A stretch of 64,000 nt of DNA, from assembly GCF_009914755.1 (NCBI RefSeq), contig NC_060930.1. The stretch is one strand, 5' to 3'. Position numbers and translations under genes: made by a program. This DNA is from the human T2T-CHM13v2.0 reference genome, Homo sapiens. Below, one piece after another: positions 26,895 to 41,330 of this stretch; position 1 is the stretch's first letter, and every line of letters starts with the position of its first letter. Under the pieces are notes generated by a model. That model did no database searches. It was not told where the DNA came from and worked only from the letters and a program-made list of their open reading frames with translations.

Positions 26895-27130
26895 TCATTT
26901 ATTGAGTGCTTACTACAGGCCAGGTTCTTTACATATATTAGTACACTTAAGCCTCATAAGGTCTGTTTTAAGAGGTATCCTGGTTTTACAGGTGAGCAAA
27001 CTGGAGGCTAAGGGGATAAACGTAACTTGCCAAAAGTCATACAACTAGAAAGTAACTGAGACAGTACTCAAACCCAGGCAGGCCAGCTCTGAAACCCACA
27101 GTTCTGGTCCCACTCTATACTGACTGCCTC
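26895..27130 (-). mobile_element. MIR SINE, near full length
   Basis: catttattgagtgcttactacaggccagg...ttttacaggtgagcaaactggagg...aacttgccaaaagtcatacaactag. Confidence 0.85.
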
Positions 27131-27448
27131 TTTTCCAGTCGTAAGTCTGATTAAGCAACAGAACTGGCTCTCAATAAGAATTATGACATGTACATCCCTA
27201 GAGAGCCTCAAAAACAGATTTTTTTAAAAGACTGTCTTGTCCCCTCCTATTATTTTGCAGGTATGAGCATGTAAATACATAGTATTTATATGAACATGTA
27301 TTCATGTAAACACATAGTACTCTCCAGAAAACAAACATGTTTTAATATAAATCCTGCCCAACATCTAACAAACTATTATCAATAAATCAGTAATTAGTAA
27401 ATAATTATACCACTAATAAGAGATAAATATTTCATAGTTAAATATTTA

Positions 27449-27754
<306 letters not shown>

Positions 27755-28004
27755 TTAATAGTGAACAATAAGATAAGCATGAACCAAAATATAACAGATG
27801 ACATTTAAAAATAAGATAGTTAATGCTACCTATTACATTTCCCATGATGTTAGCTACAGTCTCCTATGTTCCAACCAAGAGGATATATTGAACACTTTGG
27901 AGAAGATTTTCTTTTTCAAAACCATTCATATTTGATTCCAAATAATATTCCAATTCAGCTGATATATTGGATGGATCCCAAACACACCATCTGTTTTTTA
28001 TTCA

Positions 28005-28156
28005 GTTGTACCTTAGCAAGGCAGAGAAATGAAGACCCCTTGCTCAAAAATTAATTTCAAGACAGTGACAGCAGATCATTAAACCAAACTCAGGGCCCTT
28101 CTGAGCTTGGAGCCCTGTACAAATGCACAGGTCACATGCCCACAAAGCCAGCCCTG
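28005..28156. mobile_element. MER45-like hAT DNA transposon fragment
   Basis: gggcccttctgagcttggagccctgtacaaatgcacaggtcacatgcccacaaagccagccctg terminus. Confidence 0.65.
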
Positions 28157-29385
28157 TGGAGCCCCTAGATTCTATGTCAGGCACAGTACCAGGCAGGAGG
28201 TACAGCAACGGCTTTTAATCCATAATCCCGATGTCCAGAAAGGCTCAAATGTAGCATCAAAGATCCTGTTAGGCAATAAATAATCAAATATGAAATAGGT
28301 TTAAGAACTCAAAGAATCTTTGGATCTCAAACCGCTAGGTAAAGGCCGAGGGTTAAGTGCTAGTTAAAATGATTCAAATTCAAGTGGGCCTCTCTTCAGC
28401 TTTGCTAAATGTCTTCTTTTATAAATCAATAGGTCAATGAGCTTTTTAAAAAATGACTCTCATTAGATGCAAAAGGAGGACTGCAGATGATTAGAATAGT
28501 AAATAAAGCACCAGGATTGCAGTATCATGTTTCTTTCAGTGGTTTTTTAATTTAATAAATGTTTATTGTGCATCTGCTATATGTTTACATTTCATTAAAA
28601 ATCAAATAATATCTCACTTTTTTAAACCTCTTACCAAAAAGAGAATTCTAAAATTATGACCGAAGACTACAAAATAGCATCTGAAATATGAGAGATAGCA
28701 GTATCATCTTTATTTCCTCATTCAGCACCCGTGCTCTGAGCAACTACTCCGGGTCAGGCACCGTTCTAGGCATTAGGCATTCAGAGAGGAAAAGACAAAC
28801 TCTGCCTTTATTTATGTAGTTCATTGGAAAAGGCATACAGTAGACAACCAATTCTTTCAAAAAATACTGTTTAAGATATTTCAAATTGTAATTCCAAGAT
28901 ACAATGGAAGATTGCATTTATTCTAGGATTTTCCTCCAAGAAACATAAACTTCTCAGTTAAGAGGAAAAACATCTTCTCCTACTGACCCTAAACAGAACT
29001 ATAGTTTTGGTCACTGCAAAGGCACAAAATTTTTCTGCAGTACAAAAGGTGGAATATATGCCCAAAAGTAGATATATTTGTAATTCATGTGTTAATCAAA
29101 TCACATATGCTTAGACTATAATTACAGACAAGGTACTGGGTTTGGATTAATGTTATAAAAATTCAGAATCTATGCAGTCCATAAGGACTTTTCACACTCC
29201 ATTTTTCATAAAATAGTATGTTAATCTCCTGGTGATTATGAGATTCAACTAATAAGTCTAAGGATCCTACTTAGCACCTCCAACATGATGCTGCATCAAA
29301 ACTGGGGATTATTGTTCATACAAATCTGGAGTAACTGGTCCCTATAATACTACTACTAAATACTTTCATAGTACCTTTGCGGCCA

Positions 29386-29506
29386 CATCTTTTGAGGCCA
29401 CATAGTTGGGTCCTCTGCCTTCTGTCTATTTACTCTCTCTGTTTTAAATCTTATAGAGAGTAAACAGATAGAATGCAGGAGACCCAATATGTGGCCTCAA
29501 AGGATG
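29386..29506. repeat. Imperfect inverted repeat (53/52-bp arms, 16-nt loop)
   Basis: Arm 29386-29438 matches the reverse complement of 29455-29506 with 6 mismatches and 1 indel. Confidence 0.92.
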
Positions 29507-30929
29507 AAACTAACATGCACTTTAGAAGTTCTCCTTGTTCTACCACACAAACGTTCCATACAATTTTATTGTGAAGGAAAAAAGGGAATGAGAATCAATA
29601 TTTTTAGAAAGTAATCTTGCATTAACATAGTGCTTTCTAGTTTTATGAAACTTTGTCACTCACATAACCTTGTTTGTCCCCAAATTGTTTAACTGTAAGA
29701 GTGTACTATAATGGATTCTGCTCTCCTAACATAATACCAAGGAGCCACAACCTTCCCTCTATTCTTAATCTCCAATTTTATTTTCTTAAGTGGGCCACTA
29801 AGTATATCTGTACCAACATTTTTGTGCATTTCATAACCCATAACTTTGCCACCATAACAACTTGAACTAAGCTCAGATAGGAAATAGGATCGTTGTGTTA
29901 TATTTTGTCAAGGAAAAAGGGAAAAGCTACCCCAAAAAGACAAATTTCAAAAATCTAAAGCTATTATTCCAGATGTACTCAAATAACCTTAAATTTCCTT
30001 ATTGCATAAGTAAGCTGAAAGTTTCCCAAGAAAAATGACATCGTACTATATGCACATCTCATAATCCTATGGGGACTTCTTTTAAATGAGAACATTTAGG
30101 CAACACTACTGAAAGCATACATAAGTCAGCGGTTAGCTTCATGACTCAGTTTAACTTAAACATGTAAACATAGTGTATGTTCCAATTTGGAATGATTTTT
30201 GAGGTTTACTAGAAACTACTAAATAATATTTTCATTTAGTAAGTCCTTTCTCTGTCAACTCTTTGATGTAAGAAACCTTAGCAGACCTCCCAGTGAACTT
30301 TAGCATTTTGGCTGTGTGTCCAAAAGAACAATCTACCATTACAAAGCCTATTCATGAGTCAACCAGGGACGTAATCACAATCACGACTGCTCAGCTGATA
30401 CGACTCTTCTTTATCATACCCGCAAGTATGGAAGACACGTAAGATTCAAGTTACTAAATTATAGATTATTAGTACTAAACATCGATTCTTAAATATAGTT
30501 CTAAAGATGATTCATGCAAATTTAAACTTTTTTTAAATTTAACAGCTTGGGTTAACTTGCTTGTGTTCAACTTTTTACGTCTACCTCTAGCAAAATAATA
30601 TTATTATAAAAACAGTAAAAGTCCATCTAATAATTTCAGTATAATAAATCCAGGGCTTTGACACTGTCTTCAAATTCACAAGATCATTAGTATTCTTTTA
30701 AACCAAATTAATCATATTCCCTAAATAACAACAGCTAAAATCATGAACACTGAGATCATTTTCTTGTAATGATTCTGTCTGGAAGTGTATTAACGGCATG
30801 ATGTTTGTGCTTTGCACTAAACATTCATATCTTTGTTTCCACAACAAAGTAAAAAGGTGGCAGTTAGAGGGAGAGTTAAACAAGGTTTCCTGTGAGGGCT
30901 TTGTGAAAAGAAAGAGCGTATATTCTATC

Positions 30930-31700
30930 CGGGCAATGACAAACGGACTCAGGCCTCCTGAGGTCAGCGCTCCTGGGCACCATCAGGCCCCACTTCGGGA
31001 GCCCCCGGTGCTCCGGGCCCACCTGACTGGGCGTCCTCTGAGTCAGGGAGGTGCCAGTGCTGTGGTCCCCGCGAGCCCAACTGTCCCCTGACCCCCGGGC
31101 TTTTCCGCACCGTGGAGTCCCCCGACACGCTGGGGCCAGTGAACCCGGGCCGGGGCGCGCGTTCTCCCTCCCGGACCAGCTCCCGGCGCTGGGCCCGCGG
31201 CCGAGAAACTAGGTCTGGGCCGGCCCTGCGGCGGCCGCCGGGCGCGGCGAGCCCCACTTTCTCCCGGCAGGAAGGGGGGAGGCCGAGAGCATTTCCTGTT
31301 GTGCAGCTGAGCCCTGCGGAGACGTCATTGCATTCATGCTCCCTCGGGTGTCAGCGGACGGGGGGCCAAAGTTCAAGCCGCGTCCAGGGCAGGCAGCGCG
31401 CGGCGGCGCGGCGGCGCGGGGCGGGCGGCCAGGGCTCCCCTCTCCCGCTGGCGCTCCCGGCGCCTCCGTCCCCGGCCGGCCCAGCGCTGCTACCGGAGGC
31501 CAGCCCTGGGGCTCCGCGGGGAAGAGCTGCTCTTCCTCCCGGAGGAAACCGAGCTCGCAAGCCCAGCGCTCCCAGCCGCAGACTGCAGGCTGCCCTCCTC
31601 CACCGCCTGGATTTCCCACGGGGAGGAAAAGGCGTGCGTTTCCAGGTGTTTGGAGGACGCACTGGCCGGGCGCACTTTCCTCAGCGTAATTTTGAACGCA
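30930..31700. promoter_or_regulatory. Intronic CpG island (alternative promoter or enhancer)
   Basis: About 770 bp of GC- and CpG-rich non-repeat sequence. Contains GC boxes, AP-1 TGAGTCA 31039-31045 and a minus-strand donor CAG|GTGGGC at 31023; a plus-strand donor CAC|GTAAGT lies just outside at 31766. Confidence 0.9.
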
Positions 31701-32454
31701 GTTTCCCTAAAGATGACTCTTTTTTCCACTAGGATTATTTCCAAGTCATCAAAAGTGAAAAATCACGTAAGTGTTGTTGCAGTTGTTTTCCCCTCGTTTT
31801 CTATCTCCTTTCCAATTGTGAATTCCGTAAATAACTGTCAGACATAAAACAGGAAAAGGAACATTTCTTCACTGCAGAGCTCCAGTAAGGTGAAAGTAGG
31901 CAAGAAGGCCCCCTGAGACGTTTCTAAAAGCATATTCTATATGTTTTCATTATGAAAACACCCACTGCACTCCTTTTATTTATTAGGACCTTAAGTTATC
32001 CTATCTCAACTAATACTTTTAACAATCAGAATCTCTTAAGAATCTTTCAATCTTATACTTATCCACTTTAATAGCCAACAAAACCTTTAGCCAGAGTGTT
32101 TTAAAATGGAAATTACCTGTTCATGTTTCTTAAAGATTTTTAAAGTCTCCTTCTAAATTTCCAGCCTTCCATTTAGTTTCAAGCCATAAACCAGATTATA
32201 ACAATGTGTAATTGTAGAGAAGCTGTGGCTTACGGTTAATAACGATTAAAAATAAGGCCATAAGGTATTTTATGATCATTTTGAAATAAAAAATTGAAAT
32301 AGTTTAATTTCAGCTTGTGCAGTTTGAGACAGATCGTCAACTACAAAACAAATTGTAGATTCTGTTCTCATGGTGAACAAACATTACAGATGTTTTACTG
32401 TGTCAACATCTCTAACATTTGAACTAAGCAATGTTTCACATCAGGACATGAATT

Positions 32455-32665
32455 AAAACAATGTAAACTATGGACCTGGGGTGACCATGATGTGTCGATG
32501 TAGGTTCTTGGATTATAACAAATGTACCACTCTAGCGCAAGACTTCGATAGTGGAGGAGGCTGTGTGTATGTGGGGACAGGAAGTACATGGGAAATCTCT
32601 GTACCTTCCGCTGGATTTTGCTGAGAAGCTAAAACTACCCTAAAAATATAAACTCTATTTTTAAA
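32455..32665 (+). mobile_element. L1MC-like 3' end
   Basis: aatgtaaactatggac...tataacaaatgtaccactct...atgggaaatctctgtaccttccgct...ctaaaact. Confidence 0.88.
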
Positions 32666-35640
32666 CATATGTTTAGGGTTTTATGAGTATCCTGATACTT
32701 AAAATGTGCATTGCATTGTAACCTATGAATTGACAAGAAATTAATCTTAAGAATTGGCACAGAAATCATCTCGATGTTTTCATGAAGTTCATCCTCGGTT
32801 CTACTGCTTCTTGATAAACAAGTTTCATGTTTAGAAGGTTACTGAAATTTTTTTATATGGTAAAGGCACATCAAAGACTTTACCATTTAATATATATTAG
32901 TTGTCCTATCCAGTCATGTACTATTTAAGGCAATATTAAAGGTAACTTAGATTTCCCCACTTACAGTGATGCAAAGCCCTTCAATAATATTCTGTTGTCT
33001 TATTTCCTAAACATCTGAATAATACAACTTTATCACATGATATCTTAAATTTGCATAGTATATTAGAGTTTGCTATTTGCTTCACATATATATATTTCTA
33101 TCCCGATTTTTTCAAGAAATAGGCTCAGAGAACTGAAATCTCCACTCAGTTCAGGACTAGCATAGCTAGTCTTTCAATCTTGCTGAAAAGCAATCGCAAA
33201 CTCTTCTCATTTTCAAACTCCTTATTCCTAACTGCAACCACTTCTTTACTTCCCAGTGGCCAGTGCCCCTGAGTGTGAGTGCTGAGAGGGGCCTGCAAAA
33301 AATCTAATCACATCCAACTGCTTTATTTACTTGGCTTCCCAAACTGTATCAAATGATTCTTGACTGTAAATGTGATTCCACTGTATCCAATCCTAGGAAA
33401 TACTGTAGTGGATATCTGTTTCCTGAATGATCTTACACCAACTTTTTTTGGGGTGTCTTTTCTCCTTCATATCAATTGTTCTTTTATCCATTAAATCTCT
33501 GCAGCAATTCTTGTGTTTTTGATTTGAACATACTTATACTTGTTCCTTCAAATCATCTGCCAATGGTATACAATTAGCACTCCCCAAGCTGCATGTGACT
33601 CCCCAAATACTGCCTAAGCTCAGTGAAGATTTTATTCAAAATTCATGCTCTCTGGTCTATACTTAGTTGCTGATGATGGCACTTGGAAAGGACAAAGAGG
33701 GAAGACTTAAAAATGTTTTATTTTATAATCCTGATTACAGGCTAAATAAAATCAGTATTACCATAAATTTAGTATAGACTGAGGATATAAAGATCAGTAT
33801 GAGAACGGTAAGATAAATTAACTTATGAATAAATACACAATTGAAAATATAAACCAGAACAAAAAAAAAGGAGTTCTTCAGGTTCCTGGTGCTATTTTCA
33901 AATGCACCTCTTTTACACCATGAAAGAGAAGAAATAACTGTGAGGATAAAAGGAAGTTTTGCAGGATAATGTATTTTACACTTTCTCTTTAGAAAAAAAT
34001 TAAAGTGCTCCACTTTTGTTACTTAAAGTACATCATGAAGTGCGCAATTCCAACCTAAGAAGATATATTATTTCATACAATGAAAAGGATTAAGACTTGA
34101 AGTTTCCCAAACTAACCATTTTAAAACTCATTGTTTCATTCAGGATTGGTTTCATTTAAATGTGTAGTTAGAATATGAGAGAAACAGTAAGTTGTTACCA
34201 TAATGTTTGGCTCTCCATGCTTCTGAGATCCAAGTTCTCTAACTCAAGAGTCTCCACATTTTCATAGACTTTGAAAAGTCTTTGATATGGCCAGACTGTA
34301 TCTGACAGGCTGACTTGTTTCACAAACTGGCCTCCTCTCTAAAAATATTCAGAAGGGCATACTAAATTTTCACTCTTCTCTAACAATAATCAAATTGAGT
34401 AATATCCTTCTCAAATGAGCTTTCACCAATCATTTGTTGTTTTTCCAGAAAACTGACTCCCAAGATATGTGATGACAAAATCAAGACTCTCTTCTTTCTG
34501 AGGTCCACATCCTATTTCCATGACACACTAAACGACTGTGTTGTTCCTCTACAGCCAGTACTTTCCCAAATCAAAGCCCAGCTCAAATTAAATAGCTGAA
34601 ATGAAAGGAAGGGAGCTCACTGAGTGAACAGATATATATAGGAATGAAGAGAGAAGTGAATCATGCACACATACTCATGAACATATAAGAATGAATGAAC
34701 CATTCATGAAAAACCTACCTACCTACTTGCTTGCTTCACAATCTTTGGTTCCTATAGAACCCTTTTCTACTGTGGTATCTCCAAGCTCAGTGGCTTTATT
34801 TTTCTTACAAACTACCCATAAAACTATAACCTTCTCTTTATTAAGTGGCCTTCAGCACAAATTACTAATGCCTCAATCCCTTCAAGGCTAGCTAACTAAA
34901 CAAAGTACAGCCCCTGTAACTGAGACAGTCCCAAGACCTGCAGGTGGTTCCAGGACTATTCATTCACTTCTCTGGACAATAACAAGATGTATCATCACCT
35001 CGTACCTTTCGGGCTGTAGGTAAAAGTCAATATATTCTCAGATGGAAATATATTTACATAGTACTCAAGTGTTTGAGAGCACATCTCCTTGTTCAGCCTC
35101 CATCTATATTAAATACTTCAGAATAGGCCCTCAATGAAATCTAAGTAATAGTTAAGTACTCAGATGGCCTATAATCAAGCATGTTATTGAAACAGCAGTG
35201 TCCCCACATGAATTCAAGTAAAACAAAATTATTTTTTATTACAATATAGTATTTTCCTATTCTCTCCTAGTCACTCACAAAGTCCTCTGTACTTCTCCAG
35301 AACCAAAAGTGTGACTAGAGCTAAATCTAAAATGTATTTATTTCCATAATGATTAAAAGAAAAGTTCCAAAATCAAAGTACCCACTCAGGAAACAATAAC
35401 TTCTATTTTGGCAACAGATAATTATTAAATCTCAACTCTCTTCTAATATATCACTTCTGCATATAGGTCTACTTGTTCTATCAAATATGTGACCATTTAA
35501 ATATTCCTTCTTTACTATTCATTATGTGGAATAAGTCATCTGTGCAGGAAAATTAAGAGAGTTTTCTCATAGGCACTAAAGGCAGTCTAGAGCTCAAGTA
35601 GGAATTTTTTTAATTGTTATTAAGATGCAACAAAACTTTA

Positions 35641-35738
35641 TTGTATGCGTTTAAACTACTTGTAAGACTGCTATCTATATAGTGCCTTACAGTATGCTAT
35701 ATAGATAGCAGTCTTACAAGTAGTTTAAATGCATACAA
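35641..35738. repeat. Near-perfect inverted repeat (42-bp arms, 14-nt loop)
   Basis: 35641-35682 equals the reverse complement of 35697-35738 at 41 of 42 positions. Confidence 0.97.
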
Positions 35739-36879
35739 GTACTTCCCAATATTCTGTATCCCCATTTTTAATCAACAGAAAAATATAAATTGACGAAAAG
35801 GTTAATTTATACTAAAATGACAATCATTTGAGCTCAGCCTAGTATCAGTATGGCATGTCATTTATATTGCCAAAAAGTAGGAGGTAGAAAAGGTATGTGT
35901 AACTGGCACAGGTGTGAATATAACAATACATCCATCAGCAATACACTTACTTTAGCTTCATGATTAAAGTCACTATCCTTGAGATTGCTGGCTTTCTAGG
36001 ACACAGACAGTATATAAAAATAATATGCCAATTCAAAGCAAACATGTCTTCTATGCAAAATACATATACTCCTTGCTACTTATAAATGCAGTTGAATTTT
36101 CTGCATAGAAATTTTCACATACTTATCTTTTATCTGTTCGTTTCATTTCATTAAATTGTGTATGTAGTTACAGAACTGTTCAATTCAGGGACCAAATTCT
36201 CAATGGGGTAAATTACATCTACCATTATCTATCGTTTTAAGTCCAAACCCCTTAAGCTGGAATATGAGTCCTTAGACCATATATCCCTATCTTCCTAACT
36301 TTCTCACCAACATTTACTTAATACATATTTTATGCTTCCCTCAAATGAAATGCTTCTCTGAAAATACTCTTGACACTTTCCCATATTGGTGTGTGTGCCC
36401 AGGTAAAGCATTTCCTTTTGCTATCTCCTGAGTCCTCGGCCAGGGTTGATGTTGCGCCTTCTCAGTACTTCACGTGTGCCTCTCTCATGGTACTTAACCT
36501 GCTTCTTTTAATTACCGCTTCACTTACATCATTCTTTTCCTCAGTATGGTAGATTATAAAGTCCTGATGATGAGAATAGTGACTCTTCTTTATATTTTAT
36601 GTTCTACTTACATTTATATTCTATCTATATTTATACTCTACTTCATATTCCCATATATCTTGCACATACCAGAATCTCAAGAATTATATTTGTTAAAATC
36701 AATTTGCATTACATTATTATACATTCCAACTCTGTTCTAGTTATACTACATAAAAAGTCTCAGCAAGCATGGCTAGTCCTTTTCTGTAAAACGTTTCTAA
36801 GCCAGTTGGTAAGAGGCTGTCTTCTGGAAAGTAAATGGTAATAAGCAATTTATTTTTGAGGAGTTATTAAAAAAAACTC

Positions 36880-37270
36880 AGCCTGGAGTAAATTTCAGAC
36901 ATGAACAATCTGATCCCTGGGAAATTAATAAAATAAAAATGAAAACAACATCCTATGAGGTCTAGTTGAAAGAACTGGGAATATTTAGCCTGGAGAAAAG
37001 AATACTTAAGGTGAACAAGATTGCTATCTTTAAATAATTGTAGGATTGTCATGCAAGACAATGAGTAAACTTGTTCTAGATAGCTGGAGAGGGCTCAACT
37101 GCTGGTAACTAGAAATGTCCAAGAACGGAATAGGCCTCCCTAAGAAATAAAAAGGTGTTTAAGTAGAATCTGAATGCAAGCAGTCCTTGGTAATTTGTCC
37201 TAAGTGATTTCTTGCTCAGTTAGAGATTAAATGATGCCTCCAATAGTTTTATCTAATCCTGAAATTCTGT
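36880..37270 (+). mobile_element. CR1/L3 LINE 3' fragment
   Basis: gttgaaagaactgggaatatttagcctggagaaaagaatacttaagg...ctatctttaaataatt CR1-type motif. Confidence 0.65.
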
Positions 37271-39662
37271 AAGAAACTTTACATTGCAGAGTGTCCTGTC
37301 ACCAGTTGACAAACCAAAACTGAAACATCAGATCCTACACCTAAGAAAATTAATCAGCATATTTAAACTAGACACTTTAAGAGATGCCCTAAATAAGGCA
37401 TCATTGCAGTAACACAAATTGTATCACAATGAAAGGAAGAAGTAAAATTTCTCACAAAAAGCTCAACTGGGACCGATGATGCAGCCTGCTCAAAACCAAA
37501 AGCTGACCTATCAGAAAGAAAGCAATGGGAACAGGTTGCACTAAATAAGGAAGCAGTCATTTGCATGTTCCAAAAGAACCTCAGAATTTCATTTCTTCAT
37601 GCCTGCCCCACTCACTGCCTCGTTTATTTAGAAATACTTACATGTCAAATACAAATAAGAATAGTAGCCTGATGTATACAACTGTGTGGCATACTGTAAA
37701 ACTTTGAAATGAAATTTAAACCAAATTGGTTTGGCTCAAAGGAAATTAAAAATGTTAGATATACTGTTTGGCATTGTTTGATTTTTAAAGCTATAAGAAG
37801 GCTTAGTATAATAATAGCAGGCTTCAAAGCAATGGGAATTTTGTGATTAATTTCAAAATGTCTTCTGTTTGCTTCATACTGCTCTCATCCTACAGCCGAC
37901 AAGAATATAGGAAAAGAAGGACTATCAGGATAATATCTTCACAATATAAATTATTGGGATTATTTGTGAAGATGTAAAATTTTTCCAGATGGCTATTAAT
38001 ACCCATCAGGACCATTTTCAGACATCATTAGGTTTCACATTAGCAAACTCCCACCAAACATAGCCAAAAACCAACTGATGACTGAAAAGACTTGGACTTT
38101 GTCCATTAGAAAATTTAATTTCCACACTCAGTGTCTAATTATTTGTTATATTCTATACTGTCAGATTATTATTTTAAAAGGTCATTTAGAATATTCTCAG
38201 CCACTTGACCCATTTTAAAATTTACACTTGATTGAAGTTGGGCACCAAGTTTATCATGAATAGTACTAAGGTCATTTGAAAAAGTAAACAGATTACAAAT
38301 CCAAAAACAAATGTCTTTAGAGCCCTTTCCTTTTGTTTGAATGTGGGTATAACTCTCTGAATACTTTGTGACACAAGTGCATTAGTGACCTACACAAAAT
38401 TTAAATCCATCAGGAGATATTATAACAAGCTGTGGAACTGCTGACCATTATCTTTCTGAAAACAATTACATAGGCCTGTAATAAATTGCATCAATATCAG
38501 TCAATTATCTCAACAACACTTTACTAACCCTTGTCACCAATGTATTGCTGTATATCAGATTTTTTTCAACAATTGAATTATTCTCAAAACTTAGTGTTGC
38601 TTCACACACTAAAAATAGCCACTCTAATTCTCTTGTGTTACCCTGCTGTATTCCCAGGAGGTAGGGGAGTGCTATAAACAATGCTTCATTTTTACAGATG
38701 AAGAAATAATGAAATATAACAGAGGTACAGCCTCTTGGCCTGAATCCTTTTGAAAATCAATAATAAGGCAAGCAATCAACTAGTGGGGTCAGAGTTTCAA
38801 GTCATCCATTCTGGTGTTCTCTAGAGCTCCAGTGTAGGCTCTAATGAGCACAGCCTCACAAGAGCAGAAAAGATATCTGAAATCCTCATTTTACCCAAAA
38901 AGGCTACATCTCTATATCTCTCCCAACATAAACTTTGACACATGACTACTGACAAGAAAATAAATTGAATGTTTATAACCCTGGATTTTTCCCTTGCTTA
39001 GAGAAAGCGAATTTATTAAAATGTAAGCATCAGCAGAAGAAAGAAAAATAAGTTTGATAACTATTCCATGGATAATTAGAAGCTGAACTTCCCATGATCT
39101 ATCCATAAAGTACTGGACCAGCCATCAAGACCATCCCAAGGGACATTGCTGAGTTGCAAAAACAGAGGCTTTCACCACTTGCTTTGCATGAAAGGAAACC
39201 GTTTCACCCCAGCCTTTCCTCCTCCATTTGTCTTGGCCTACATGGGGCAAGGGTGTGTAGTGGTGGAAAGGAATACACTCCCTCTTTCACACCTAATTGA
39301 TCCAAACAGGCACACCAAGAAACAATGCTTCCTCAAACTCCACAATCATGAGCAACAGCCATCTTCACACAGCGTCCTTCTTAGAGCACCCTGAACAGAA
39401 TATGGTCAAAGAAAGCTGTCCTAGATGGAAGAATCACAGTTCAGCTATAAGCTCCCCTATCCAACTGTAGGGAGAAACATAATTCAAAAAGGCCCTGTCT
39501 GTTCACTCGCTGCAAAAACAAATGGGAAGTTTAGAGCCTGGGAAGCCCGCAACTATGGGTTTAAGAGATGTTTGGGATTGCTGGATGGACACATGGAGGC
39601 ACTTGTTTCCTGGGGAACATTAAAATCAAATGTGCCAAGAAGCACTTAAGAGTGCACAGACA

Positions 39663-39967
39663 GGCTGGGTGCAGTGGCTCATGCCTGTAATCCCCGCACT
39701 TTGGGAGGCTAAGGCGGGGTGGATGACTTGAGCCTAGGAGTTGGAGATCAGCCTGGGCAACATGGCAAAACCCTGTCTCCACAAAAAGTGCAAAAATTAG
39801 CTCAGTATGGTGGCAGGTGCCTGTAGTCCCAGCTACTTGGGAGGCTGAGGTGGGAGGATCGTTTGAGCCCGGTAGTCGGAGGTTGCAGTGGAGGCCCAGA
39901 TCGCACCACTGCACTCCAGTGGGGGCAACAGAGTGAGACCCTGTCTCAAAATAATAATAAAGTAAAG
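39663..39967 (+). mobile_element. AluJ, full length
   Basis: TSD gtgcacagac at 39652-39661 and 39968-39977. Confidence 0.96.
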
Positions 39968-40354
39968 GTGCACAGACTGATGAACTCTGGCTATTGGCAC
40001 AAAGACTAGACAGGACTTGAGCTCCTGGAGGATCTCCTTCATCTGGTTCTCATGGCCCCCATCTTATAGTGTGGCAGGTGTTTTTCCTTACCATTTGGAC
40101 CGTAAGCTTCTTGAGAATTATGACTTTAAACATCCACCAAATATCAACTGTATGCCCAGCACATGTCATACACTGTATTGAGCACACTTTTGTGAAAGTG
40201 AAACCATCCTAATCCACTAGAAATTTTATAGCAAAAATTATCAGTTAAAAGATGAATAATTCACTTAAACAAGATTAAAAATATAAACTCTGAATATAAT
40301 TTAACTACTTCACTTTGGCAAGCTTATAAATGCATTTAACAATAGGATGTGTCA

Positions 40355-40577
<223 letters not shown>

Positions 40578-40581
40578 TTAA

Positions 40582-40884
<303 letters not shown>

Positions 40885-41187
40885 ACCAGCACCTAATTCT
40901 ACTAATTCTACAGGTATGAAGGGCCATAATGCTGAACCATAAAAATGAATTTTTAAAAAATCTAGTGCTATAATATTTAGGTGTCAAAAACTACCTTACT
41001 ATGAAATATATGTACATACATACATACACATATATATAAAATAAATGGGGTATTTCATTAGTGATTTAATAAGTCTTACGATGTTTCTTTGTTATTTGGG
41101 TTAAGAGAGACCACTATAAAAGCAGAGATCCTGTAAACACTGAAAAGTAATGCAGTGACTGAATTAGCCATAAAAAGTTTCTAAATT

Positions 41188-41330
41188 AGTCTACTAGAAT
41201 GTAAACTCCATGAAGGCAAGGAATTTTTTTTTTTTTTTTTACTATTTTTGTCTATTGATGGATCTCCAGTGTCTAGAACAGCCCTTTCCCAGAGCAGGTG
41301 CTTAATAAATCTCTGTTGAATTAATAAATT
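41188..41330 (+). mobile_element. LINE-2 3' end with internal poly-T
   Basis: ctagaatgtaaactccatgaaggcaagga...ggtgcttaataaatctctgttgaattaat. Confidence 0.8.

Noticed and set aside
30798-31847. Overlapping ORFs up to 206 aa in the intronic CpG island
   Set aside because: Same GC artefact; no domain or codon signal.
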